DNA of 32,000 nucleotides from Xanthomonas campestris pv. campestris str. ATCC 33913 (GTDB lineage Bacteria; Pseudomonadota; Gammaproteobacteria; Xanthomonadales; Xanthomonadaceae): NCBI RefSeq assembly GCF_000007145.1, contig NC_003902.1, positions 3,056,497 to 3,088,496 of the forward strand, read 5' to 3'. Shown piece by piece: positions 9,173 to 16,994 of this stretch (position 1 is its first letter; each line of letters starts with the position of its first letter). The notes under the pieces were generated by a model. It saw only the letters and a program-made list of their open reading frames with translations, ran no database searches and was not told where the DNA came from. The position numbers and the translations under genes were made by a program.

Positions 9173-10417
9173 TCAGCCCGCAGCGCCAGCATGACGCCGC
9201 AGTGGCGGCACCTGCAGGTAGGTCACGCAGCGCCACAGCCACTCCACCGGACCGAAGCGGAACCAGCGCAACCACAAGTGGCTCAGTGCCACCTGCACTG
9301 CAAAGACCAGCAGCGCAAATGGCGGTTGCCAGGCACGTGGCAACTGTTCGAAATAGCCCAGGCCATAGCCGTAGAAGATGCTCGTACACAGCAGCGACTG
9401 CAGCAGATAGTTGCTCAAGGCCATGCGCCCGGCCGGTGCCAGCCAGCGCAGCTGCGCTGCAAAACGCATCACCCAGGCCGCATAGCCCAGGCACATCATC
9501 GCCCCGCCCAGCAGTGCCAGCGCGAACGCCAACGACAGCCGCGGATCCAGCCGGGCCGGGTCCATCCACGGCTCCAGCCGGTAGCTCACCAGCATCAACG
9601 CCAGACCCAGTGGCAACACGCCGTAACGCAGCCAACCGAACAGACGCACAAAGCGCTCGGGCGCGGCAATCGCCCCGCTGCGCACAAACCAGCCACCCAG
9701 CAGGAACATCCCGAGCATGGCCGGGCCGTTGATGGTCAGCGCGATCAAGGCCTCGCGCAGATCGTGCCAACGCTGCACGGTGGCCTGCACATAGGTGCCG
9801 CTGCCCAGCGCACTGCGCTGCGCCTGCACATTGGCCACCGCCTGCTGCGCCACCTCGCGCATCGCCGCGTTCCACTCGGCCGCGGCGGCGGGATCCGCCT
9901 GGGCCAGCGCACCCACCGCGCCATAGAGCAGGATCAACCCCGGCGCACACAGGTACACGAACACCGCAAACCACGGCAGCGTGGCCGTGGGCACGGAGCG
10001 GGTGGCCAGCAACAGCAGCGCCAGCAGCGCATAGGTCACCAGCACATCGCCCGACCACAGCAGCACCGCATGGGCAAGACCGATCACCAGCAGGCCGGCA
10101 CTGCGGCGCAGATACATGCCCAGGAACGGGCGCTGCGCGTGTTGGGCGCGTTGCGCCATCACCGCAAAGCCCATGCCGAACAACAGCGAGAACAAGGTGT
10201 AGAACTTGCCCTGCACGAATACATAGGTCAGCGCATCGACCACGCGGCCCAGGCCATGCCAGTGCGGATCGACGCCAGTCACCGCCAGGTCCAGCGGGCC
10301 GACGAAGCCTTCGATGTTCATCAGCAAGATGCCCAGCAGCGCGAAACCGCGCAGCACATCCAGCACCGCAATCCGCTCGGTCGCGGCAATTGGCAACAAT
10401 ACAGAACGCTCGGTCAT
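9173..10417 (-). CDS. DUF418/YeiB-like inner-membrane protein
   Basis: Start at ATG 10417 (MTERSVLLPIAATERIAVLDVLRGFALLGILLMN...). C-terminal GRMALSNYLLQSLLCTSIFYGYGLG...FRFGPVEWLWR matches the YeiB/DUF418 signature. The stop lies 3 nt from the DadA-like start codon. Confidence 0.75.
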   Translation of the reverse strand: MTERSVLLPIAATERIAVLDVLRGFALLGILLMNIEGFVGPLDLAVTGVDPHWHGLGRVVDALTYVFVQGKFYTLFSLLFGMGFAVMAQRAQHAQRPFLGMYLRRSAGLLVIGLAHAVLLWSGDVLVTYALLALLLLATRSVPTATLPWFAVFVYLCAPGLILLYGAVGALAQADPAAAAEWNAAMREVAQQAVANVQAQRSALGSGTYVQATVQRWHDLREALIALTINGPAMLGMFLLGGWFVRSGAIAAPERFVRLFGWLRYGVLPLGLALMLVSYRLEPWMDPARLDPRLSLAFALALLGGAMMCLGYAAWVMRFAAQLRWLAPAGRMALSNYLLQSLLCTSIFYGYGLGYFEQLPRAWQPPFALLVFAVQVALSHLWLRWFRFGPVEWLWRCVTYLQVPPLRRHAGAAG

Positions 10418-10507
10418 CGAAACCCGGGTAACGGCAGGCGACACAGCAGGTCGCACAATGCAAACGGCCCGCCGAAGAGGCGGGCCGTCAGGATGCACAG
10501 CGGTGAC

Positions 10508-10987
10508 TCAGTGGTGGTGACCACCGTCGCCGTGCACATGGCCGTGGTCACGCTCTTCCTGGGTGGCTTCGCGCACTTCGATGATTTCCACGTCGAAGTG
10601 CAGGTCCTTGCCGGCCATCGGGTGGTTGAGATCCACATCGACCACGCTCATGCCGACCTTCTGCACCGTCACCGCACGCGGGCCGAAGTTGGTCTGCAGC
10701 ACCACCTGCGTGCCCGGCACCAGCTTGGTGGCGCCGAAGTGCTTCTTGGGCACGCGCTGGCTCAGGCCTTCGCGGTATTCGCCGTAAGCCTCGGTCGCCT
10801 TGACGTCGACGCCGAAGCTCTCGCCGGCTTCCTTGTCCATCATGGCCGCTTCCAGGCCCGGGATGATGTTGCCGTGGCCGATCAGGATCGCCAACGGGTC
10901 GCGCTCCTTGGAGCTCTCGATCGGCTCCTGGCCGAGCTCGGAAACGGTGTAATGGAAGCGGACGACGCTGTCTTTTTCGATCTTCAT
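10508..10987 (-). CDS. slyD: FKBP-type peptidyl-prolyl cis-trans isomerase SlyD
   Basis: 159 aa. MKIEKDSVVRFHYTV...GHGNIIPGLEAAM...DLNHPMAGKDLHFDVEI, with a His-rich C-terminal tail (HGHVHGDGGHHH) typical of SlyD. Confidence 0.9.
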   Translation of the reverse strand: MKIEKDSVVRFHYTVSELGQEPIESSKERDPLAILIGHGNIIPGLEAAMMDKEAGESFGVDVKATEAYGEYREGLSQRVPKKHFGATKLVPGTQVVLQTNFGPRAVTVQKVGMSVVDVDLNHPMAGKDLHFDVEIIEVREATQEERDHGHVHGDGGHHH

Positions 10988-11061
10988 GCCTGGCTCTGAA
11001 TGGGGCTGCCCGGTGGCAGACGGTTGAGGACGGCTTGTAGGCCGTCGAGTGCGCCGCCATC

Positions 11062-11637
11062 ATGGCGACCTTCGTAACCGCCCATTATCCCGGCTCGATG
11101 CCTATCACGCCAGTTGCTGCCGTTCGTCCCCGCACCGCCGCGGCCTGCCTGATGCTGGGTCTGTCGCTGCTGGCCGCCTGCTCGCAGGCACCCGTACGCC
11201 GCCCGGCGCCAGCACCTGCCACCGCACGCGTCTGGCCTCAGGTACCGCCGGCCAACCCCGCTGCCGCCAACAACATCCTCATGCGCGCCCTGGGCCTGGT
11301 CGGCACGCCGTACCGGTATGGCGGCAACACGCCGGAGAGCGGCTTCGACTGCAGCGGGCTTGTCACCTATGTCTACAAAGACGTGCTGGCGCTCTCATTG
11401 CCCAGGACCTCGCGTGACCTGGCCGCCGTGCAGGGGCCAAAAATTCCAGCGGAAAAATTGTCAACTGGCGATCTGGTCTTTTTTGGCTCCAGTGGAAGCG
11501 TGAGCCACGTCGGCATTTACGTCGGTGAAGGCCGCTTCGTGCACGCCCCAAGCAGCGGCGGTACCGTCCGCTTGGATTTCCTCGACGGGGCTTACTGGCG
11601 TGACCATTATTCAGGTTCAAAGCGGGTTTTACATTGA
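11062..11637 (+). CDS. NlpC/P60 (C40) family peptidoglycan endopeptidase lipoprotein
   Basis: Lipobox LSLLAAC. Catalytic GFDCSGLVTYVY Cys motif and SHVGIYVGEGRFVHAPSSG His motif. The start could instead be ATG 11098. Confidence 0.85.
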   Translation: MATFVTAHYPGSMPITPVAAVRPRTAAACLMLGLSLLAACSQAPVRRPAPAPATARVWPQVPPANPAAANNILMRALGLVGTPYRYGGNTPESGFDCSGLVTYVYKDVLALSLPRTSRDLAAVQGPKIPAEKLSTGDLVFFGSSGSVSHVGIYVGEGRFVHAPSSGGTVRLDFLDGAYWRDHYSGSKRVLH

Positions 11638-11746
11638 AATGTGACGTGAGTCACAAGTCATAAAACGGAAAGTTAACGTTTTTTGAACGTAACGAACCTT
11701 TCACCAAGGCATCATCCCGCATCGACAGCAGAATTGTGATTCCCGC

Positions 11747-12490
11747 GTGACGAACGACGAACAGCTCAACCCTGGCGCCGCACCGCATCCGCCCCGGAAA
11801 CCGCTCCGCCTGTTGTGCGCCACCGCGCTCTGGCTCGCAGCACTTCCCGCCCTGGCACAGACCGCCCCAATCCCCTCTTCCGTTCCGCCTGCGACCGCAT
11901 CTGAAAGCGCCGTCGCCGCTGAGAAAGCCGCCACCCGCAGCCGCGCCGCTGCCACTGCAACGCTGGCCGCCCTGCTTCCGCACCTGGCTGCCAACGACGC
12001 CATTCCCCTGATGGACCGCTCGGCGATGTTCGCTGGCGACCTCAGCCGCCTGCTCGCCAACTACGACGTCTCGCAGAGCGCCGCCAACGCGGCACAGAAC
12101 GCCGTGGCCGACAGCAAGGTCCAGGTGATCCTGCAGCGCGCAATGGCCCTGCTGGGCACGCCGTACGTCTGGGGTGGCGAGTCCACCGAAGGCTTCGATT
12201 GCAGCGGCCTGGTCGGTTACGTGTTCAAGACTGCGCTGGGCATCGAACTGCCGCGCGTCTCCCGTGATATCGCCCGCGATGAAACCGCCGAACTGATCAA
12301 GGACCCGCACGCGCTCAAGGCCGGCGACCTGGTGTTCTTCGGCCGCCGCGGCCGCATCGATCATGTCGGCCTAGTGGTCGGCGACGGCAAGTTCCTGCAC
12401 GCGCCGAGCCGCGGCAAGGACGTGCGCGTGGATTCGCTGGCCAGCGGCTACTGGAGCGAAAAGTTCATCCAGGCGCGTCGCGTGCTCTGA
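11747..12490 (+). CDS. NlpC/P60 (C40) family peptidoglycan endopeptidase, secreted (second tandem paralog)
   Basis: GTG start at 11747. Signal peptide ...LWLAALPALAQT. GFDCSGLVGYVF and DHVGLVVGDGKFLHAPSRG motifs. Confidence 0.85.
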   Translation: MTNDEQLNPGAAPHPPRKPLRLLCATALWLAALPALAQTAPIPSSVPPATASESAVAAEKAATRSRAAATATLAALLPHLAANDAIPLMDRSAMFAGDLSRLLANYDVSQSAANAAQNAVADSKVQVILQRAMALLGTPYVWGGESTEGFDCSGLVGYVFKTALGIELPRVSRDIARDETAELIKDPHALKAGDLVFFGRRGRIDHVGLVVGDGKFLHAPSRGKDVRVDSLASGYWSEKFIQARRVL

Positions 12491-12517
12491 TTGCCCGACC
12501 GGCTGCATAAACACGGA

Positions 12518-12545
12518 AAGCCGCGGCCTTGCCGCGGTTTTTTTT
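12518..12545 (+). terminator. Rho-independent terminator after the NlpC/P60 pair
   Basis: GCCGCGG cctt GCCGCGG hairpin (about 12520-12537) followed by eight T (12538-12545). Confidence 0.65.
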
Positions 12546-13070
12546 CGCCCCGCCGACGTTTGCGCACGACCCAGGGCTCGACTTGGAAGGCCCAGGGAAG
12601 TTGGTCAGCGACGTAACGCTAGCTGGGCTGCGCTTGTGCGCGGGATGATTGGACACGGCCAAGTCATCCGCGCAGCGCATGCCTACAAAGCAACAGCCTG
12701 ACCCATCGGCAAAGCCCTCGTTCACGCATCTGCGTTGTCTGAGCGCATACCGAAGGCCTTGGCGCGAGAAGCGCTGGCTCCTCGACACCTGCAAGGGACT
12801 CCGGCCAGGGTCGATACAGTGCACTCGTGATGCCCCGCACCGCCCTGGGCTGCAGGCTTGCTGCTTCCAAGAACGCAGCCGCACGGGTAAGGCAGCCACG
12901 CACCCGACCAAGCAATGCCGTGGCGATTACCCGCCAGGGTGCATAGGCCACGATGTTGGCCCAAGCGATGTACTGCGGCCGTGGTGTAAGACGCTCTGCA
13001 TCCGTACCGGCTAGGCCTGCGCCCGCACCCGACAACGGACCCAGACAGCACTGAGGTGTCCACGCTGTAT

Positions 13071-13102
13071 GGAATCCAGATTCTGGACCAGTCTCTGGAA
13101 TT
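13071..13102 (+). promoter_or_regulatory. Candidate enhancer (UAS) for the sigma-54 activator: three TCTGGA half-sites
   Basis: GGAATCCAGATTCTGGACCAGTCTCTGGAATT. TCCAGA (13075-80) and TCTGGA (13082-87) form a palindrome, with a third TCTGGA at 13094-99. The site lies about 110-135 bp upstream of the -24/-12 promoter. Confidence 0.3.
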
Positions 13103-13209
13103 AGTCGCGACGAAAGTAGTCGGCGGCGCACATGAGAAGAGCGGCCACACCACCGCATCCCCCTGATTTTATTGTCTCTCAGGCCATCGCCTGACCTGTA
13201 CAGCACGCT

Positions 13210-13224
13210 TGGCACGGGTTCTGC
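13210..13224 (+). promoter_or_regulatory. Sigma-54 (-24/-12) promoter
   Basis: TGGCACGGGTTCTGC versus consensus TGGCACG-N4-TTGC. GG and GC have exact spacing and there is only one mismatch (T to C at -14). It lies 47 nt upstream of the DUF4956 start, and a sigma-54 activator is encoded in the same cluster. Confidence 0.6.
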
Positions 13225-13270
13225 GTAGGTCACTCCGAACGCGGCATTTCGCCTCTATCGGAGCAGGGCC

Positions 13271-13855
13271 TTGCTATCCACTTTCATACACACACCACTG
13301 TTTGAATTACTCGCGCGATTCTGTATCGACATCGCAGCCGTGCTCGTGCTGATCTTCGGCATGTATTACCGGCGCCATCAGGACAAAGAACTCGTCACCG
13401 CCGCGGCGCTCTTCAACATCTTTGTCTTCGCCGTCCTCACCATCTTGTCGAGCGTCGAATTCAGTGTCGCTGCAGGCTTCGGGCTGTTCGCGATTCTCGC
13501 TTTGTTTACATTGCGATCCGAGCCGATCACCAAGATCGAGATCACCTACTTCTTCGGCAGTGTGGCGGTCGCGGTGATCTGCTCCGTGCAAGGCACCACG
13601 CTTCCGCTCATTGCTGCAACGGTGGTGCTGGTCTTGCTGGGCGCCTATGTCTTCGACCACCCGCGGATCGTGCATTCGGTCGAGAACATCAAGATCACGT
13701 TCGATCAGATCCACGCTCACGCACTTTCCGACCCCAAGGTGATGAACGCCAACATTGCCGAGCGCCTTGGCGTTGAGGTGGTGACCTATGAAGTCCGCGC
13801 CATTGATTACCTCAATGACACGGTCAGCATGCGCGTCTTTTATCGCAAACGTTGA
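13271..13855 (+). CDS. DUF4956 domain-containing membrane protein
   Basis: TTG start with GGAG at 13260-63. 194 aa with about 4 TM segments. ...LVLIFGMYYRRHQDKELVTAAALFNIFVFAVLTILSSVEFSVAAGFGLFAILALFTLRSEPITKIEITYFF... matches the DUF4956 pattern I recall. This family is typically encoded next to VTC-domain genes. Confidence 0.8.
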   Translation: MLSTFIHTPLFELLARFCIDIAAVLVLIFGMYYRRHQDKELVTAAALFNIFVFAVLTILSSVEFSVAAGFGLFAILALFTLRSEPITKIEITYFFGSVAVAVICSVQGTTLPLIAATVVLVLLGAYVFDHPRIVHSVENIKITFDQIHAHALSDPKVMNANIAERLGVEVVTYEVRAIDYLNDTVSMRVFYRKR

Positions 13856-13865
13856 GGAGGCCACC

Positions 13866-14768
13866 ATGCACAGGCACATCAACAGCGCCGCACTTTCATA
13901 CCGGTTCGCATCACCCATACCGGTGATCACCCAGGCGAACGCCATACAGTACAACCCACAAGGCGACGGCGGCGACACGGCCCTCCCTGATGTCAGCCAG
14001 GGCGGCGACTTTCGCGCCATTGGTCTGGCACGGCTCAACGAAACTGCGTCGATGCTGGTGCGACGCGATAACAAATATGTCGTGCATCAGCATCGCCTCG
14101 CGCCTGCCTGGCCGGAGCTGGCAAGGCAATTCGACATGCTGGAGATCGATGGCAAGCGCGACTTCCGCTACGACACCTGCTACTTCGACGACCCCGCCCA
14201 CACCAGCTACTTCGATCACCACCGTGGCAGGCGCCAGCGCTGCAAGATCCGGATGCGTAACTATGTCGACGCACAGCTGTGCTTTGCGGAAATCAAACTG
14301 AAAGGAAAACGCGGACAGACTGAAAAGCAGCGGATTGCCTGCGCGCCAGACCAGTACGGCCGCCTTGATCCACAGACAGAGGCACGGATTCGTGCAGCCT
14401 ACCGCGACCTCTACGCGCGCGAGCTCACACAAACGCTCGAGCCGATCGTATCGATGCGCTATCGCAGGATGACGCTGGTTGCCAAGGAAGGCGGCGAACG
14501 GATGACCATCGACCGCAGCATGGTGTTCATGGACGGGACCGGAACCTACCGCGTTGGCGAAGAATTGGTGATCGTCGAAACCAAATCGGGCAACGCCAAT
14601 GGCATTGCCGACAAGATTCTCCGCGCCCTGCACCAGCACCCCACCAACAGTGCCTCCAAGTACTGCGTCAGCCTGGCTGCGCTGCGCAAGGTCTCCAAGT
14701 ACAACAAGCTGCTACCGGCACTGCGCAAGCTTGACGCGGTGCCAACGCGCGATACACCGCCGACATGA
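13866..14768 (+). CDS. VTC-domain protein (Vtc4-like polyphosphate polymerase / triphosphate-tunnel fold), cytoplasmic
   Basis: ATG 13866 is preceded by GAGGAGG, which overlaps the DUF4956 stop. Motif strings RRDNKYVV, YFDDP..YFDHHRGRRQRCKIRMRNY, AEIKLKGKRGQTEKQR, RMTIDRSMVF and VIVETKSG fit the VTC/TTM tunnel strands. No signal peptide or TM segment. Confidence 0.8.
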   Translation: MHRHINSAALSYRFASPIPVITQANAIQYNPQGDGGDTALPDVSQGGDFRAIGLARLNETASMLVRRDNKYVVHQHRLAPAWPELARQFDMLEIDGKRDFRYDTCYFDDPAHTSYFDHHRGRRQRCKIRMRNYVDAQLCFAEIKLKGKRGQTEKQRIACAPDQYGRLDPQTEARIRAAYRDLYARELTQTLEPIVSMRYRRMTLVAKEGGERMTIDRSMVFMDGTGTYRVGEELVIVETKSGNANGIADKILRALHQHPTNSASKYCVSLAALRKVSKYNKLLPALRKLDAVPTRDTPPT

Positions 14769-14833
14769 CCGCACAGCCGCCCGCCAGGCAAGTGCCTGCC
14801 CAACAAGCCTCTACTCTTCGAAAGGTTTTGCGC

Positions 14834-15802
14834 ATGCATCCTAAAACACTGCTGGCCATCATCCTGGCCGCCGGGGCCTTTTTGACTGCGTGCAATCAGG
14901 ACGCAGATGTGGCGACCGGTCATGCTGAGCGAGTACATCCGCAACCCGGCCCGATGCAAGCCGCATCCACCCGTTTCACATTTCCTCCCACAGCGATGGT
15001 TGGCGACATTCATCTGACCGAGCTTTCCGGCCTGGCCTGGGATGCCGACGAAGAGCTGCTGTACGCGGTCTCCGACACGGGCTACGTGTTTCACTTCCGT
15101 CTCACGCTCGATGGCGATGCGATCGCCGACATCCAGCCAATTCGCGCTGCGCCCCTGGCGGACCCGCACCTTGCAGGTGGCACGCCCGAGGCATTCAACG
15201 CAGAGGGATTGACGCTGGTGAATGCCACAAACGGCATCCCTGGCGATACAGAGCTCATTGCGTCGCTGGAAGGCACTCTGCCCAAGATTGTCCGCTTCAG
15301 TCCAGATGGCACGGTGCTGGGCAATCTGCCCGTGCCACCACCAGCCGACGACCTCAACAACTATCGCAAAAAGGGACGCGGCCTGGAATCGTTGGCTATC
15401 CATCCAGCGCATGGCCTGATCACTGCGCCCGAGTCTCCACTGTTGCAGCAACCGCAGGATCAACACGCACTTTACGCAATTGGCGGGCATTGGTCCTTCG
15501 TGCGCCAAGCGCCAGACAGCCGGCTTAAGGGAATGGACGTCCTGCCCGATGGCTCGCTGCTTGTTCTTGAGCGAAGCCGACAAGGAGCGAAGGACGCGCT
15601 GTCGGCGAGCGTGCGCCGCGTGGACCTTTCCAACTGCACGAGAGACCAACAATGTGCGAGCCAGACGATTATCGTGCTGCCGGTCGGGCCGGACAATATT
15701 GAGGGCATGACGTTGCTGGATGCGCGGCATGTTCTGCTCGCAAGCGACAACGGCGGACTGGTCACTCACGGCACGACCTTTGTGCTGCTCACACGGCCAT
15801 GA
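14834..15802 (+). CDS. Phytase-like (esterase-like activity of phytase family) beta-propeller lipoprotein
   Basis: ATG 14834 gives MHPKTLLAIILAAGAFLTAC, a lipobox signal. An alternative ATG at 14765 overlaps the VTC stop (ATGA). Family-like blocks: LSGLAWDADEELLYAVSDTG, AEGLTL, PKIVRFSPDG, GLESLAIHP, LLVLERS, NIEGMTLL. Confidence 0.65.
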   Translation: MHPKTLLAIILAAGAFLTACNQDADVATGHAERVHPQPGPMQAASTRFTFPPTAMVGDIHLTELSGLAWDADEELLYAVSDTGYVFHFRLTLDGDAIADIQPIRAAPLADPHLAGGTPEAFNAEGLTLVNATNGIPGDTELIASLEGTLPKIVRFSPDGTVLGNLPVPPPADDLNNYRKKGRGLESLAIHPAHGLITAPESPLLQQPQDQHALYAIGGHWSFVRQAPDSRLKGMDVLPDGSLLVLERSRQGAKDALSASVRRVDLSNCTRDQQCASQTIIVLPVGPDNIEGMTLLDARHVLLASDNGGLVTHGTTFVLLTRP

Positions 15803-15830
15803 GCATGGATCGTACGGAGCTCGTGCACCC

Positions 15831-16961
15831 ATGAAAACCACTCTACTGGTCGCACTCATGGCCTGCCTGGGCGCCATGTCGGAGGCTGCGGCAGTGGAGG
15901 TCACGGTTGGCGGGCGACTGCACCTGGACTATGCGCGGTACAACGCCGATGTCAGGCAGCTGGACAATGGCATGCTGCTGCGGCGCGCTCGCCTGGATAT
16001 GGACGGCAAGCTCACCAGTGACTGGTCGTTTGAACTGGCGTACGACTTCGCCAATGTCTATGCGCTGACAAACACCGGCACCGTCAAGGACGGCGACTTC
16101 AAGGAAGGCTTCACCGACATCGCGTTGCACTACGACGGCTGGAAGCAAGCCGATCTCAACGTTGGCCAAACCAAGGTGCCGTTCGGGCTGGAGGAATTGA
16201 ACAGTTCGAATGCCATCAGCTTCATTGAGCGCGCCTTGTCGACCGACGCGTTCGCGCCGTCCCGGCGGCTCGGCGCGGAAGTGAGCAGAAACCGCGATCA
16301 CTACTCGGTGTCTGTGATGGGGTTCGGCTCCTCGTTCGATGGTCGCGAACGTGGACGCGGCCTTGCTGCGCGCGCGACCGTCACACCGATTTATGCAGGC
16401 GGCGGCAACACCGTACTGCATCTTGGTATCGCTGCGGTGGTCGAGCGCCCTACCGGTGAGGTCAAGTTCACCGCGCGTCCGGAATCTCGTGCACTGGACG
16501 TCAGATTCTTGAATACGGGCAAGTTGGCCGACGTCACCCACGTGGGCAGGCTCGGGCTGGAAGCTGCGGCGAAATCCGGCCCACTCTCCTTACAGGCAGA
16601 GTGGATGCAGACCGCGATCAAACGCGAAGGCATCGGCACGGATGCAACGCTGGAAGGCTGGTATGTGATGGGGAGTTGGGTGCTCACATGCGAGTCGCGT
16701 CAGTACAGCAGCGGCAGATTCAAAGGTGTCCCCGTCCAACGGCCGGGCGGTGCCTGGGAAGTGACCGCGCGGTATAGCCATCTGGATCTGGACAACGCGA
16801 ACGTACGGGGCGGCGAAGAAGACAATCTCACCCTGGGCGTGAACTACTACGCCAGCAAGCACCTGCGTATCATGCTCAACTACATCGACGTGCACAGCGA
16901 ACGTCGGGGCAAGGCAGACAGCCCGCAGATTCTGTTGATGCGTGCGCAGCTGGCGTTTTAA
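15831..16961 (+). CDS. Phosphate/polyphosphate-selective porin, OprO/OprP family
   Basis: Signal MKTTLLVALMACLGAMSEAAA. GGRLHLDYARY...LLRRARLDMDGKLTSDWSFELAYDF, LGVNYYASKHLRIMLNYI and the terminal MRAQLAF align with my recollection of P. aeruginosa OprP (GGRLQADY..FRRAYLEFGG..DW, LGVNWYAN, MRLQYVF). Confidence 0.85.
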   Translation: MKTTLLVALMACLGAMSEAAAVEVTVGGRLHLDYARYNADVRQLDNGMLLRRARLDMDGKLTSDWSFELAYDFANVYALTNTGTVKDGDFKEGFTDIALHYDGWKQADLNVGQTKVPFGLEELNSSNAISFIERALSTDAFAPSRRLGAEVSRNRDHYSVSVMGFGSSFDGRERGRGLAARATVTPIYAGGGNTVLHLGIAAVVERPTGEVKFTARPESRALDVRFLNTGKLADVTHVGRLGLEAAAKSGPLSLQAEWMQTAIKREGIGTDATLEGWYVMGSWVLTCESRQYSSGRFKGVPVQRPGGAWEVTARYSHLDLDNANVRGGEEDNLTLGVNYYASKHLRIMLNYIDVHSERRGKADSPQILLMRAQLAF

Positions 16962-16994
16962 GCCCGTACCGCACAGCCCACCGTGGAGGCAACC

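Noticed and set aside
9005-10999. 664-aa plus-strand ORF, the longest in this part of the window
   Set aside because: It runs antisense to the DUF418 and slyD genes, which have clear family motifs. Its translation is a His/Arg/Gln/Ala-rich low-complexity string typical of the antisense frame of GC-rich genes.
12664-13233. 189-aa minus-strand ORF in the gap upstream of the VTC cluster
   Set aside because: It has no start context and Arg/Cys/Trp-rich composition. It overlaps two other equally implausible frames and runs across the sigma-54 promoter. I treat it as non-coding, though a decayed gene cannot be excluded.
14546-15904. 452-aa minus-strand ORF covering the phytase-like gene
   Set aside because: It overlaps the ends of the VTC and porin genes and has Arg/Cys-rich composition with no motifs. 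The plus-strand frame has a lipoprotein signal and family-like blocks and fits the operon.
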